This document shows positions 8,448 through 18,231 of a stretch of 64,000 bases of DNA, piece by piece. How positions within the stretch are numbered: position 1 is the stretch's first letter; each line of letters begins with the position of its first letter. The DNA comes from Thecamonas trahens ATCC 50062 (taxonomy: Eukaryota > Protista > Apusomonadida): positions 1 to 64,000 of the forward strand of contig NW_013657669.1 in assembly GCF_000142905.1 (NCBI RefSeq), in the 5' to 3' direction. The notes beneath the pieces were generated by a model. That model was not told the origin of the DNA and ran no database searches. It saw only the letters and a list, made by a program, of their open reading frames with translations. The position numbers and the translations under genes were made by a program.

Positions 8448-11342
8448 ATGCCCGCAACTAACAAGCATGTGCCGTCCAAGGACCTAACGGTGACGTGGTC
8501 TTCTATGTCAGGGGGGCTCTCGCTCAGCACTCCGACAGGTACCGCAGAGACCATCCTAGTCTTTCTCGTTCTCACCTGGCTCTCGGCGTTGGTGGTGGTC
8601 ACCCAGACCGATGCCCTCATCCACCTCTCCAAGGATACGCTCGTCCCGCTCAACTGGAGCGACCATGCTGAGACCCTTTCTACATACCTCGCGCCGTACA
8701 AGTCGTTCTCGGTCACCCAGGCCTGCGCGACGACCATGGTAGTCACCATGTTCTTCGACACTCTCCGGCTTGTCTTTGCGGAGACCGACAACGAGACTCG
8801 GACGTGCACGTATCTGGTGCTGATCAACTTTGTGGCTCTCACCACGTATGTCTCCATGCTCATGGAGTTTGATCGGTCGTTCTGGCTCAACCCGGAGACC
8901 GGCGTTGTCACCAACGTCCGGCGTATGCTCTCGTGGATTGTCTCGACGCCGCTCATTGTGACGCTCTCGTGCTCGCTGGCTTCGGCCGACCTCCGCACTC
9001 TCATCCGCATGATCGCCATCGACGTGGTCATGGTCCTCACTGGCATTATGTGCTCGCTCGCCTCGCATGCGTCGGCACTTTTCTGGATCACCTCGGTCAC
9101 GTCGTTCGCGGCCTTTGGCCTCATTCTTCTCGAGTACAATGCCCTCTTCCGCAGGGTCACCTCCAAGGTCACCGTCCGCGGCGAAGGCTCGGAGCGCGAT
9201 GTCCGCGCCATCCAGACTGTTCTTATCGTCACCAACTTGTTCTGGCTCGCTTTTCCCACCTCGTGGACCCTCGAGCACGCCGGGTACATCTCCGGCCCCC
9301 TCTCTGAGAAGCTCCTGGCTGTGGCAGACATTGGGGCCAAGTGCGTCCTCTCCGTCGTTCTCGCCCACACCAACCTCGCGTCTGTCTGGCGTCGCGAGGT
9401 GCTTAACGCCATGCGCTCGCAGATTGTCAAGTCGTCCGAGCGCGAAGTGCTCTCGGCGCTCACCCACGAGCTGCAGACGCCGCTCCACGGTATTGTAGCC
9501 TCGGTTGAGCTGCTCAAGAACATGAAGCTCGACGCAGAGCAATCTCGAATCTCGGCTGTCATCGAAAAGTCGGGCAAGCTCCTCTCCAACACCCTCAAGG
9601 ACATGTTTGTCAAGGGCGGCGTCATCGCCGACGAGATTGCCCCGTCTGTTGTCTCGCGCCCGTTTAACATTGCCGACTTGTTCGAGTCGGTCGTCGGTTT
9701 CTCGGCCTCGGCCTCGCTCGCCCGTGGCATCGACATCATCTCGCTCATCGATGACGAGTGCAACGTCACCGCCACCGGCAACAACTATGTGCTGGAGCAT
9801 CTGAGCATGGCTCTCGTTACCTACCTCTCGAACCAGCCTGACACGACCATGACCCTCATCGAAGTCACGCTGGAAGACAACTTTGACGTCCCACCCGAGC
9901 TGCTCGCCGAGTCGCTGCCAGGCGCCGAGTGGTCCACCCTTGTCTGCTCCATCTCGTCCACCGGCGCCGGCATGCGCGAGTCCGACCTCACCGCCGCTAT
10001 CGAGTCGCTTTCCGACCCGCGAACCGACCTCGGCCGCTGCTATGAGCTCACCCAGACCCTTTCCGGCGACCTCGGCATCCGCTCGCAGTACGGCATCGGA
10101 ACTGCAGTCTTCTTCACCATCCCCATCCAGATCGAGCGCGCTGTCGTCCGGCCACCGTCGATCATGGACGCCGCCGGAGACGTCGACATCCTCATCGTCC
10201 ACCCAGTCGAGCTCATGTGCATTTCGCTCGCCCGCTGCTTTGACGCCCCGAGTGTCAACATCACCTGGGCCACCTCGCCCGACGACCTCGCGGCCGCCAT
10301 CAACACTGCCTTTCGCAAGTCGGCCCGCGACACGGCGTTCAAGTTTGCCCTCATCGACGAGTCGGTCATGCAGTCGGCGCCCACCATCCGCCGACTCACC
10401 CAGGATATGCACATCCCGATCGTGGCGCTGGTCAACCCGTTCTCGCCCACCACCGCCAAGCGCCCGCGCGGCATCAAGGCTCGCATCCGCAAGCCGGTTA
10501 CTCTTCTCGGCCTCCGAAACGTCTTTGCTAACCTCACCGAGCGCTTCGACCTCGGTGCCGCCGCGGGCCGCTCGTCCAAGAAGGCCAGCGCCAAGGCCAA
10601 AGCCAAGGCCAGCGCTGACGACAAGGGCGGGGACGCCGACTCGGACTCGGACGAGTACATGGGCTCGGCCACTAGTCGCATTTCGTACCGCCCTGTCAAG
10701 TCCAGGTCGACCAGTCTTGTGACCAGCGACGACTCGGACGGCGCCTCGACTCTCGGCTCGCTTGACCTCACCGTCGACACGCTCGACTCGTCAATCACCG
10801 GCGGTGGTGGCGCCGGCGGCGGCTGGTCCAAGGTCCTCTCCGACCGCCTCTTCCAGTCCATCCTTGTGGCCGACGACTCGCTCATCAACATCATGATTGC
10901 TCAATCAATGCTTGAGCAGGGCGGTTTCAGCAACATCGATACTGCCGTCAACGGCGAGGAGGCTGTCGAGCTCTACGAGCAGTCAGTTCGCTACGACTAC
11001 CCCATCTCGTTTGTGCTTATGGACTGCAACATGCCGGTCATGGATGGCTACACCGCCGTCCGCTCTATTCGCGCTCTGGAGAAGGAGGCGGGCTCGCGCC
11101 GCACCCCGGTCATCGCCTTTACCGCAAACGTCTCGGAGGAGAACCGCCGCCTCTGCGCCGAGGCCGACATGGACCTCTTCCTCACCAAGCCCTTTGAGAT
11201 CGATGACCTTCGCATCCTTGCCGTCTGTCTCCTCGCCGACGTCTCGTCCCCGCCCGACGACGCCACCCGCGCTCGCTTCCAGCAGCTGCTCCTCCACCCC
11301 GACGGTCTGGAGCGGTTGCAGCTCTCGTGGTTCTCCTCATAA
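8448..11342 (+). CDS. Histidine kinase rhodopsin: 8-TM type-1 rhodopsin + HisKA + degenerate HATPase + pseudo-receiver + receiver, ~964 aa
   Basis: Start taken at the ATG of MPATNKH. Helix C RRMLSWIVSTPL, helix D DVVMVLTG, helix F WLAFPTSW, helix G ADIGAK (DxxxK, Lys codon 9339-9341). H-box THELQTPLHGI. C-terminal REC ILVADD...LMDCNMPVMDG...FTAN...LTKP. Confidence 0.9.
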   Translation: MPATNKHVPSKDLTVTWSSMSGGLSLSTPTGTAETILVFLVLTWLSALVVVTQTDALIHLSKDTLVPLNWSDHAETLSTYLAPYKSFSVTQACATTMVVTMFFDTLRLVFAETDNETRTCTYLVLINFVALTTYVSMLMEFDRSFWLNPETGVVTNVRRMLSWIVSTPLIVTLSCSLASADLRTLIRMIAIDVVMVLTGIMCSLASHASALFWITSVTSFAAFGLILLEYNALFRRVTSKVTVRGEGSERDVRAIQTVLIVTNLFWLAFPTSWTLEHAGYISGPLSEKLLAVADIGAKCVLSVVLAHTNLASVWRREVLNAMRSQIVKSSEREVLSALTHELQTPLHGIVASVELLKNMKLDAEQSRISAVIEKSGKLLSNTLKDMFVKGGVIADEIAPSVVSRPFNIADLFESVVGFSASASLARGIDIISLIDDECNVTATGNNYVLEHLSMALVTYLSNQPDTTMTLIEVTLEDNFDVPPELLAESLPGAEWSTLVCSISSTGAGMRESDLTAAIESLSDPRTDLGRCYELTQTLSGDLGIRSQYGIGTAVFFTIPIQIERAVVRPPSIMDAAGDVDILIVHPVELMCISLARCFDAPSVNITWATSPDDLAAAINTAFRKSARDTAFKFALIDESVMQSAPTIRRLTQDMHIPIVALVNPFSPTTAKRPRGIKARIRKPVTLLGLRNVFANLTERFDLGAAAGRSSKKASAKAKAKASADDKGGDADSDSDEYMGSATSRISYRPVKSRSTSLVTSDDSDGASTLGSLDLTVDTLDSSITGGGGAGGGWSKVLSDRLFQSILVADDSLINIMIAQSMLEQGGFSNIDTAVNGEEAVELYEQSVRYDYPISFVLMDCNMPVMDGYTAVRSIRALEKEAGSRRTPVIAFTANVSEENRRLCAEADMDLFLTKPFEIDDLRILAVCLLADVSSPPDDATRARFQQLLLHPDGLERLQLSWFSS

Positions 11343-11439
11343 CAACCTTGACAGGCTCGACCACTCCACCTCTCACTCGCCCGCCACACCACACGCCCCC
11401 ACCCACCCCCACTCCGAGCAAATCCCCTTCGGGTCCACC

Positions 11440-12970
11440 ATGGACACCCAGCAGCACCGAGTGGCGCTCCATGTCTACGACCTCTCCAATGGCCTCGCTG
11501 CCCGCGTCTCGGAAGCCTTGTGTGGCTTCCTGGTGGAAGGCATCTGGTATGTTCGGTAGCCCGCCCCACTCCCCCCCCTCCTTCACCGCCCTGCGTACTC
11601 ACCCAGCAAGTACTTTACATGGACAGGCATACGGGCATTGTGGTGTACAACAAAGAATACTTTTACGGCAACGGGATCCAGGCCATGCATCCGTCGCAGA
11701 CTCCGTATGGCGACCCTGTCAAGGTCCACCAGCTCGGCTTTACTTCCATCCAGGAGCCGCTCTTCCTCGAGTTTGTCCACGAGGTCGGCGACCACCAGTT
11801 CACCCGGAAAACTACCATGTGTTTGATCACAACTGCAACAACTTTACCGCCGCCGCTGTCGAGTTCTTGCTCGGCTCGGCCGCGGCCGTGCCCGAGTACA
11901 TCACCTCACTCCCCGGCGACATCATGGCAACGCCACTCGGGGAGATGATCCGCCCCATGATCGACCGCATGATGCCGGCGACGGCCGCGACTGCGACCAT
12001 GCTTGCACTCAAAGAAGCTGGTCTTCGCGCCATCACCCGCCGCTCGCAGCTTGTCAATCTACGTGCCGAGCCGACCGACCTTGTCGTCGCCTCGACGATT
12101 ACCAACGAGGACATTGCCCGTATGTCGCAGGTCGTCCTTCCCGCCCTAGCCGACCTCGCCGCTGCACCAGGCGTCGACATCGTCACCCGCATCGTCCGCG
12201 CCCTCACCGGTCATGACTGCTCCGACCCGACCGCCAGGCTCGTCCTCGACGACTCGGCTGCTGAGCTCATGACCGCATTCACATCCCTCCTCCCACACGC
12301 GCCCGAGTCGATCTGGTTTGCCCTCATCGACATGTTGCGCCACACCGCCGGCACAATTGCCGGCTTTGCCACCGTCGTCATTCAGCTTCCGAGCTCGCCG
12401 CTCTTTGATCTCATCCAGCTGGTCCTCTCCACCTATTCGTTTACCCGCAACGCACTGGCCCTCCGCCACCTCCGGTCCGCGCGGCTTGCGCTCGCTGTCC
12501 TAGTCCGCGACGTCCTTGCCGCCGTCCCGCTCGCTATCTCGCGCAAGGCGCGCCGCACTGCTCTTCACGACTTCTCGGTCATTGCTCCTTTCATCTCGCA
12601 GCTCATTGCCGACGCCCACGACCCCCTCCGGCTCGCCGGCGCCGACATTCTCGTCAACTACGCGGTCGTCACCACACTCTTCCGGCCCAGTAGCGACGTG
12701 ACACCCACCCTTGTGGCTCTCGCCGAGGAGAACGCCATCGAGATCATGAAGCTCGCAATGTCGTCGTTCCACGTTGAGACCCACGACGACATTGCGCTTC
12801 GTCGTCTTCTCGCCTTTGGACGAGCTGCCATCCTCTCGCCGCGCGCCACCAGCATGGCCAGCTCGCTGGCCTCGATTGGCCATTTCGACGCCGTCCGCAC
12901 CATCTCTGACCGCGCTGCCCCGAATCCCGTCAAGATCGTTGCCAATGAGCTGCTGTTCATCGGTTTGTGA
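11440..12970 (+). CDS. PPPDE/DeSI-1-like desumoylating/deubiquitinating peptidase with PUL/ARM-like C-terminus; intron 11547-11626; apparent 1-nt frameshift near 11803-11811
   Basis: Exon 1 MDTQQHRVALHVYDLSNG...GIW splices (gtatgt...cag) to HTGIVVYNKEYFYG. The catalytic motif YHVFDHNCNNF follows in the adjacent frame after a C/A homopolymer. Confidence 0.85.
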
Positions 12971-13051
12971 GTAGCCCAAAGCTAAACCCTCACTCTCACC
13001 CCAAACTCGTTTCACCACACCTCACCTCACCCTAGCCCCTCATAGTGGCCC

Positions 13052-13966
13052 ATGGCCCGCGTTGCGCCTCAGCCGCGCTACATGCGCTGGGCCGAGGTGT
13101 CGGGCGGGGCCAAGCTCCGCACGCTCAACCGCGGCGTGTACTCGGCGCTCCTGGTCTTGGCCGACAACGCCATCATCACCTCCAGGCTCGGTACCGCGCT
13201 CGCCCAGGTCGACCTCGACGTCCCAAGATCACTCCCCGACGAGCCTCTCTTCCGCGGACTTGATGCGCCTGCTGCGAGAGAGTTTCTGACTCGTATGCTC
13301 CGTGCCTGGGTTGTTCTCCGCTTTGACGTCGGCTACACCCAGGGCATCAACTCCATCGCCGCCATGCTTCTCTGGGCGACATGGTCTGAGATAGGCTTCC
13401 CATCGTCGACCAAGGCACGTGCCAAGATCGAGGACATCCTGTTTTGGACTCTTGTCGCACTGCTCACCTTTCATCTCGAGGGCTACTTTACCCAGACCAT
13501 GGATCGGATGAAAGACGACGCCGCGCTGCTGGCCGCCATATGGGCCTCGCCTGGGCGAGCGCTTGCTGATCCGGGCGCGCTCCGCCATGCCGATGTGGTC
13601 CTCACCTGTGGAAAACTACATGCTGCCGAGCTGGACCCACTGTTGGTTGTCCCCAAGTGGTTCCTCACGCTCTTTACCCATGTTCTTCCACTCGAGCTCG
13701 CCGCGCACGTGTGGGACGGTATCATCGAGCACGGCGTGCTTCGGCTCCTCGAGTCGAGCCTCGCCATTGCATCCCTTTCCCTCCCCGAGCTCAGCCAGTG
13801 CGAACCGTCGGATGCCATCGCCATGGCATCCATCCTGCACCGCCCGACCCCGTTTACCCGTGAGGCCTTTGATGCCGCCGTCGTGGCGTGCGCGCTCCGG
13901 CCCGATGCCCTCTTTGAGGCCGAACAGGCGCTCATCGGCGAGCGAGCCCGGTCCCATCTCGACTAG
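13052..13966 (+). CDS. TBC-domain Rab GTPase-activating protein
   Basis: R-finger QVDLDVPRS, Q-finger GYTQG, KWFLTLF, HVWD motifs. Confidence 0.85.
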   Translation: MARVAPQPRYMRWAEVSGGAKLRTLNRGVYSALLVLADNAIITSRLGTALAQVDLDVPRSLPDEPLFRGLDAPAAREFLTRMLRAWVVLRFDVGYTQGINSIAAMLLWATWSEIGFPSSTKARAKIEDILFWTLVALLTFHLEGYFTQTMDRMKDDAALLAAIWASPGRALADPGALRHADVVLTCGKLHAAELDPLLVVPKWFLTLFTHVLPLELAAHVWDGIIEHGVLRLLESSLAIASLSLPELSQCEPSDAIAMASILHRPTPFTREAFDAAVVACALRPDALFEAEQALIGERARSHLD

Positions 13967-13989
13967 CAATCCTTGCCTGCCCATGCGTC

Positions 13990-15657
13990 TTACAGAGGCC
14001 CGGCCGCCACAAGTGCGGCCACTGACCGCACCGATGTGACCATGGCATAATCGCCCACCATCGCCACTGCGTTGTGGAGAAAGTAGGTGACCATCGGACG
14101 CAGAAAGCCGATCGCTCCACTCTGGACCCAGAGAGTGCGGACGGCGGTGAGGAACGAGATAGGTGTGCCCGCCACTGCAGCGCCAAACATGTAGCCCGCG
14201 ACAGCCATCAACGCACTCGACGCCACGCTGCCCGCCACCACCTTGCACATCTCCCACACTAACGAGCGCTTCAAAACCTCCGTGCTGGTCTTGCTCTCCT
14301 GCATCCGGATGCTGGTCCAGAGCTGCACAACTGTGCTGCCCACTTGTGGCAGTAGCCCTTCAAACAGCAGCGACGGCTGTGTTAGCGCCACATCGCGGGT
14401 CGCACACAGCGCCGCCGTCACCCGCTCCATCGCGAGCAAGCCCGGCGTCGCGCTCAAGCCCAGCGCAGCATGCGCAAATGCAAACTGGAGCGGGCGCAAA
14501 AGCGCGCCCACTCCCAGATGCAGCACTGCCAAGCCGGCGTACAAGGGACGTCGGTCCCCACTGACAACGCCAAACGTAGGCGAGAACAACGACATGACTG
14601 GAAAGACGGCACAAGTGACGACACCGCTGAACACTGACGGCACAACCGCTAGCGCAAGAGTGCCGTCCGCGATCGAGTCAGCGAGCCTGCCCGAGTCGGC
14701 CAGGCCGGCACTAGCGTCAAGTCCGAGTCCGCGCAAAATCACTGCCGGCCACGAGAGGTCGCGAGGATGCGTGCTCGTTCCGACGCTCGCCGCGCTCCGC
14801 AGCGTCTGGTCGAGGAACGGCGTCATCGTCTCCCACACAAGGACCTTGAGCGCAACAGCATGAACGGTAGCGTGGGCAAAGTGCCTTGCGGCTTGGAACA
14901 TCAGCACAGCGGCCGCCATCAGCGCTGGTGGCCGGGATACCGCGCCGAGCTTTTTGCCGCCGATCATGCTGTCGGCCATGCTGCCCGGCGTTGTGCGGCG
15001 GCCGGTCTCAGTGAGTGACGTGATCGAGTCCATCGCGCGCGAATGCATGGCCTGGTCCAGCAGAATCCCAATTCGCTGCATTTCAACATGTGCAGCTTCC
15101 CAAGCGCCGTCCTCCTTCAGGGCCTGCGTCGCGTACTCGATCGGACTCTGCATGGCCCGATTGACTGCACGCCCGTCGGCTCCCGCCGCCAGCAAGGCAT
15201 GGACAGTCCTTGCCTGCGCCACTGCCGCTGCATGATGCAATGGAGTATTCCCTTTTGCATCACGAGCACACACATCGGCTCCGCTCGCCACCAGCACACC
15301 GATCACATCCGCCCCAGCGCCCATCATGCATGCAAAGTGCAGCGGAGTCCAGGCCGACGGCTCCGATCCGGTGTCGATGCTCACGCCAGCTGCCGTCGTC
15401 ACCACCTGCAGCGCAGCCGCAAGCCGACCAACCACATCCCCACTCTCCCCTGCGCTCTGCAGAAGAGTACACGCACTAGCCACCAGTAAATGAACCACCG
15501 TCAGATTCTCGCCCCCGGCATCGCCTGCACCGTCTCCGCCAGTCGTCAGTCGGGCTGTCCGGAGCAGCTTGGCCCCGTCCGGCGTCTCTGCTAGTACCTC
15601 TAGCGCTCCTACATTCAGGTCTGAGCACGCCCGGTCCACCTCGGACTTGGAAGCCAT
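13990..15657 (-). CDS. Ankyrin-repeat protein with hydrophobic C-terminal domain, possibly a degenerate mitochondrial carrier fold
   Basis: WTPLHFAC and GNTPLHHAA ankyrin repeats. C-terminal TM segments include LLRPLQF, LFEGLLPQ and AVRTLWVQSGAIGFLRP. Confidence 0.7.
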   Translation of the reverse strand: MASKSEVDRACSDLNVGALEVLAETPDGAKLLRTARLTTGGDGAGDAGGENLTVVHLLVASACTLLQSAGESGDVVGRLAAALQVVTTAAGVSIDTGSEPSAWTPLHFACMMGAGADVIGVLVASGADVCARDAKGNTPLHHAAAVAQARTVHALLAAGADGRAVNRAMQSPIEYATQALKEDGAWEAAHVEMQRIGILLDQAMHSRAMDSITSLTETGRRTTPGSMADSMIGGKKLGAVSRPPALMAAAVLMFQAARHFAHATVHAVALKVLVWETMTPFLDQTLRSAASVGTSTHPRDLSWPAVILRGLGLDASAGLADSGRLADSIADGTLALAVVPSVFSGVVTCAVFPVMSLFSPTFGVVSGDRRPLYAGLAVLHLGVGALLRPLQFAFAHAALGLSATPGLLAMERVTAALCATRDVALTQPSLLFEGLLPQVGSTVVQLWTSIRMQESKTSTEVLKRSLVWEMCKVVAGSVASSALMAVAGYMFGAAVAGTPISFLTAVRTLWVQSGAIGFLRPMVTYFLHNAVAMVGDYAMVTSVRSVAALVAAGPL

Positions 15658-15956
15658 GCTGCTGGGAGAGGGGAGTGTCTATGGCTGACCTTTCGGATCC
15701 TGGGACGGGTCGCACCAGCTGAACGTGGTCGAGGGCGTTGGCTGAGCTGTTCTGGCCAACCGCGCGACTGGCGGATGCCATCGGCATGTAACGGGTGGGT
15801 GTGCGCCGATGGCGAGGGGGCGATGGTGACTGTACGCGTAGCGATGATGGCAATGATGGTCATGACGGGGGTGCCGGTGGTGCCACGGGTCCGTGTGTCT
15901 TGCGGGTGCTCGATTCCAGAGACGACGGCCATTGCCATCACACATCACTTGTCGCC

Positions 15957-16835
15957 ATGGCCACCACCACCTCATCAAACGCGGCGGAGAACATCATCGA
16001 GAATCTTCGCCACTCGCTTGCCATCCCAGTCCTCCCGCATCGCTGCGGCTTGTTACAGGATACCGGCATTCGTGACCCAAATGAGCTCTGCACCCTGCTT
16101 GCCGACGCCGACATCCGCATCGTTGTTCTGACCGTCACCGCGCCAGCTGCTGATAGCGATCCCGAGCCTGACGCAGGCTACTGTCTGACGTATGTCATTG
16201 ATGGCGACAAGATGGCTGCAATGGCGGATGAGCTGTGGCGCTGCCGGCCTGCTGACCACCCTGTGGTTGTTGTCGATGTCTCGCCGGAGCTCGACGAGCC
16301 AACTGTGCTTGCTGTTGACGACCCGGAGAGGCTCGCAGCGCTCGACGCCGTCCTAGCCGTCGCCGCCGACGTTCTTACCGCCACCTCTTCCACTCCCTTG
16401 CTGGCCCGTGTCGCCTCTTCGCTCCCCTCGCCGGCGCTCTTGCCGCTCTTCTCCGGCTTGGTCCTCGGCTACCCAGTTGTCCTCGCGCCGCTCGGCTCAC
16501 TCGCACTCGGCTCCGACCCACGCTCGGCGCATCGGCTCGGCAACTGCCTTGGTCTTTGCGATCTCGATCTTTTTGTGTTTGCTGCCAGCGGGGACTCGGT
16601 TAGCGCCGGTACAGGCTCGTCGCGGCGCAGTCGCGGCCGCCGTCGCCGTCGTCTGCCTCCCCCGGCGCTTGCACTTGTCTCATTCTCGACGCCTGCGTCG
16701 CTTGCCGACCACGCTGATGTGGCGGCGGCGCTGGGCCCAATCTATACCGCCGCAGGTAGTCCTATGCTCACCGAGTCGGGGCTCGAGTTGACTCTTGCCA
16801 TCACCCGCATCTGCTTGCCAACCGTCATGCTCTGA
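15957..16835 (+). CDS. DUF4504 / UPF0739 (C1orf74-like) protein
   Basis: FSGLVLGYPVV, NCLG, SFSTP and C-terminal ICLPTVML resemble the family pattern; start taken at MATTTSS. Confidence 0.6.
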   Translation: MATTTSSNAAENIIENLRHSLAIPVLPHRCGLLQDTGIRDPNELCTLLADADIRIVVLTVTAPAADSDPEPDAGYCLTYVIDGDKMAAMADELWRCRPADHPVVVVDVSPELDEPTVLAVDDPERLAALDAVLAVAADVLTATSSTPLLARVASSLPSPALLPLFSGLVLGYPVVLAPLGSLALGSDPRSAHRLGNCLGLCDLDLFVFAASGDSVSAGTGSSRRSRGRRRRRLPPPALALVSFSTPASLADHADVAAALGPIYTAAGSPMLTESGLELTLAITRICLPTVML

Positions 16836-16856
16836 CCAAAGCCACTCTGCTGCTTT

Positions 16857-17813
16857 TTACTCTGATGCTGAGCCGCTGTCCTTGGCCTTGGCCTTGGCCT
16901 TGCTCTTGCTCTTGCTCTTGCTCTTGCTCTTACTCTTCTTCTTGCTCTTCTTCTTCTGCTTCTTCTTCTTCTTCTTCTTCTTCTTGTCCTTCTTCTTGTC
17001 CTTCTTCTCCTTGGACTTGGCATCACCCTTGCCGGCGCCACTGGCATCGGCAGACGGCCCCGCCTCGATGGCGGCGCGGAAGGCAGCCTCGGCTTCATCG
17101 GCGTCGTCGCCGGCCTCTTCGGCCTCGGCGCGGATCTTGCGGATCTTGGCCAGGAAGCGGCGCTCGCGGGCGCGCGCGGCCTTGCGCTGCTTGGCCGATC
17201 CCACGTTCTTGCGCCACGCGGTGAGCATCGCAATGGGCGAGCGCGGGTGATCCGACGCCCGGCGAGCCGAGCCATCCTTCAACGCCTTCTCCTCTACAGT
17301 TGCCATGGGCGTGAGGACGTTGATAAACTTGCGAACAACCTCATCGACGTCACGGAAGAGCGCCGTCGACTCGTCGCCCAGAAACCACTCCCACCGCGGG
17401 TGGCCCTCCACTAACGGCCTCAGGTTACTCAGCACTTCCTCCTTGGAGACAAACATCGCCACCTCTGCCCGGTGCTTGATAAACTACATCCATCAAAAGA
17501 CATCTCCCTAGGTCAGTCACATCCTCTCGCATCCTCAACTCACTGCCTTTGCTATGCCACCGTCCTCCTCCGCCGCTGCCACCCGCACTGCCCATCGGAT
17601 CCAGCTCTCATCCATCCTGACCGACTCCAGCACTCGGTCGCTGCGGGACATGCACCCACTACAGCCAAGGCATACCTTTTCACACAGCTTGGAGAACTGC
17701 TTGGTGATGTTCTCGGTCCGCTTGAACAGCATCCGCCGCTTCTGTCCTCCCGCATCCTCAAACTCGCCCACTCCGCCCTCAAACACATCCCGGCGCCGCT
17801 TGCGAGACGCCAT
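16857..17813 (-). CDS. Hypothetical protein with Lys-rich C-terminal tail; intron 17484-17675
   Basis: Exon 1 MASRKRRRDVFEGG...KLCEK ends at gtatgc and joins in phase 0 at tag|FIKHRAEVAMF to ORF 16857-17462. NLS-like N-terminus; poly-K/KS/KA tail. Confidence 0.6.
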
Positions 17814-18231
17814 GTCGAAGCTGCAGACGAGTGATGCCAGCTGCCGGGTCCTCACCTCATCAGACCCATCGAGTGAGCCGCAGCACATACATTTTCCATC
17901 AAAGACAAGCACTCGCGTGTGTACACGTGTGCACCTATGTGTAGTATGTGTAGCAGTCTCTGGCCTGCTGATCATAGCCGTCCGTTGCGCCGATCCGCTC
18001 TGTCTTGCCCCGCACCAGCCGCCAACCGAGCAAGAGTACAACAGCACCACCATCGCCCCCATCCCCACCCCACTACCCCCCCCATACTCGCCGCCTCCTT
18101 CATAGCCGCCATCATCGATCCCCGCCGTCATCGCTCTCGCCATCATCGCTCTCGCCAATCGTTGAACAAGAAGCAACACGCCAACCGACAGAGCACTCGA
18201 CGCCAGCGGGGAGAGGGCCAACGGCACCAGC

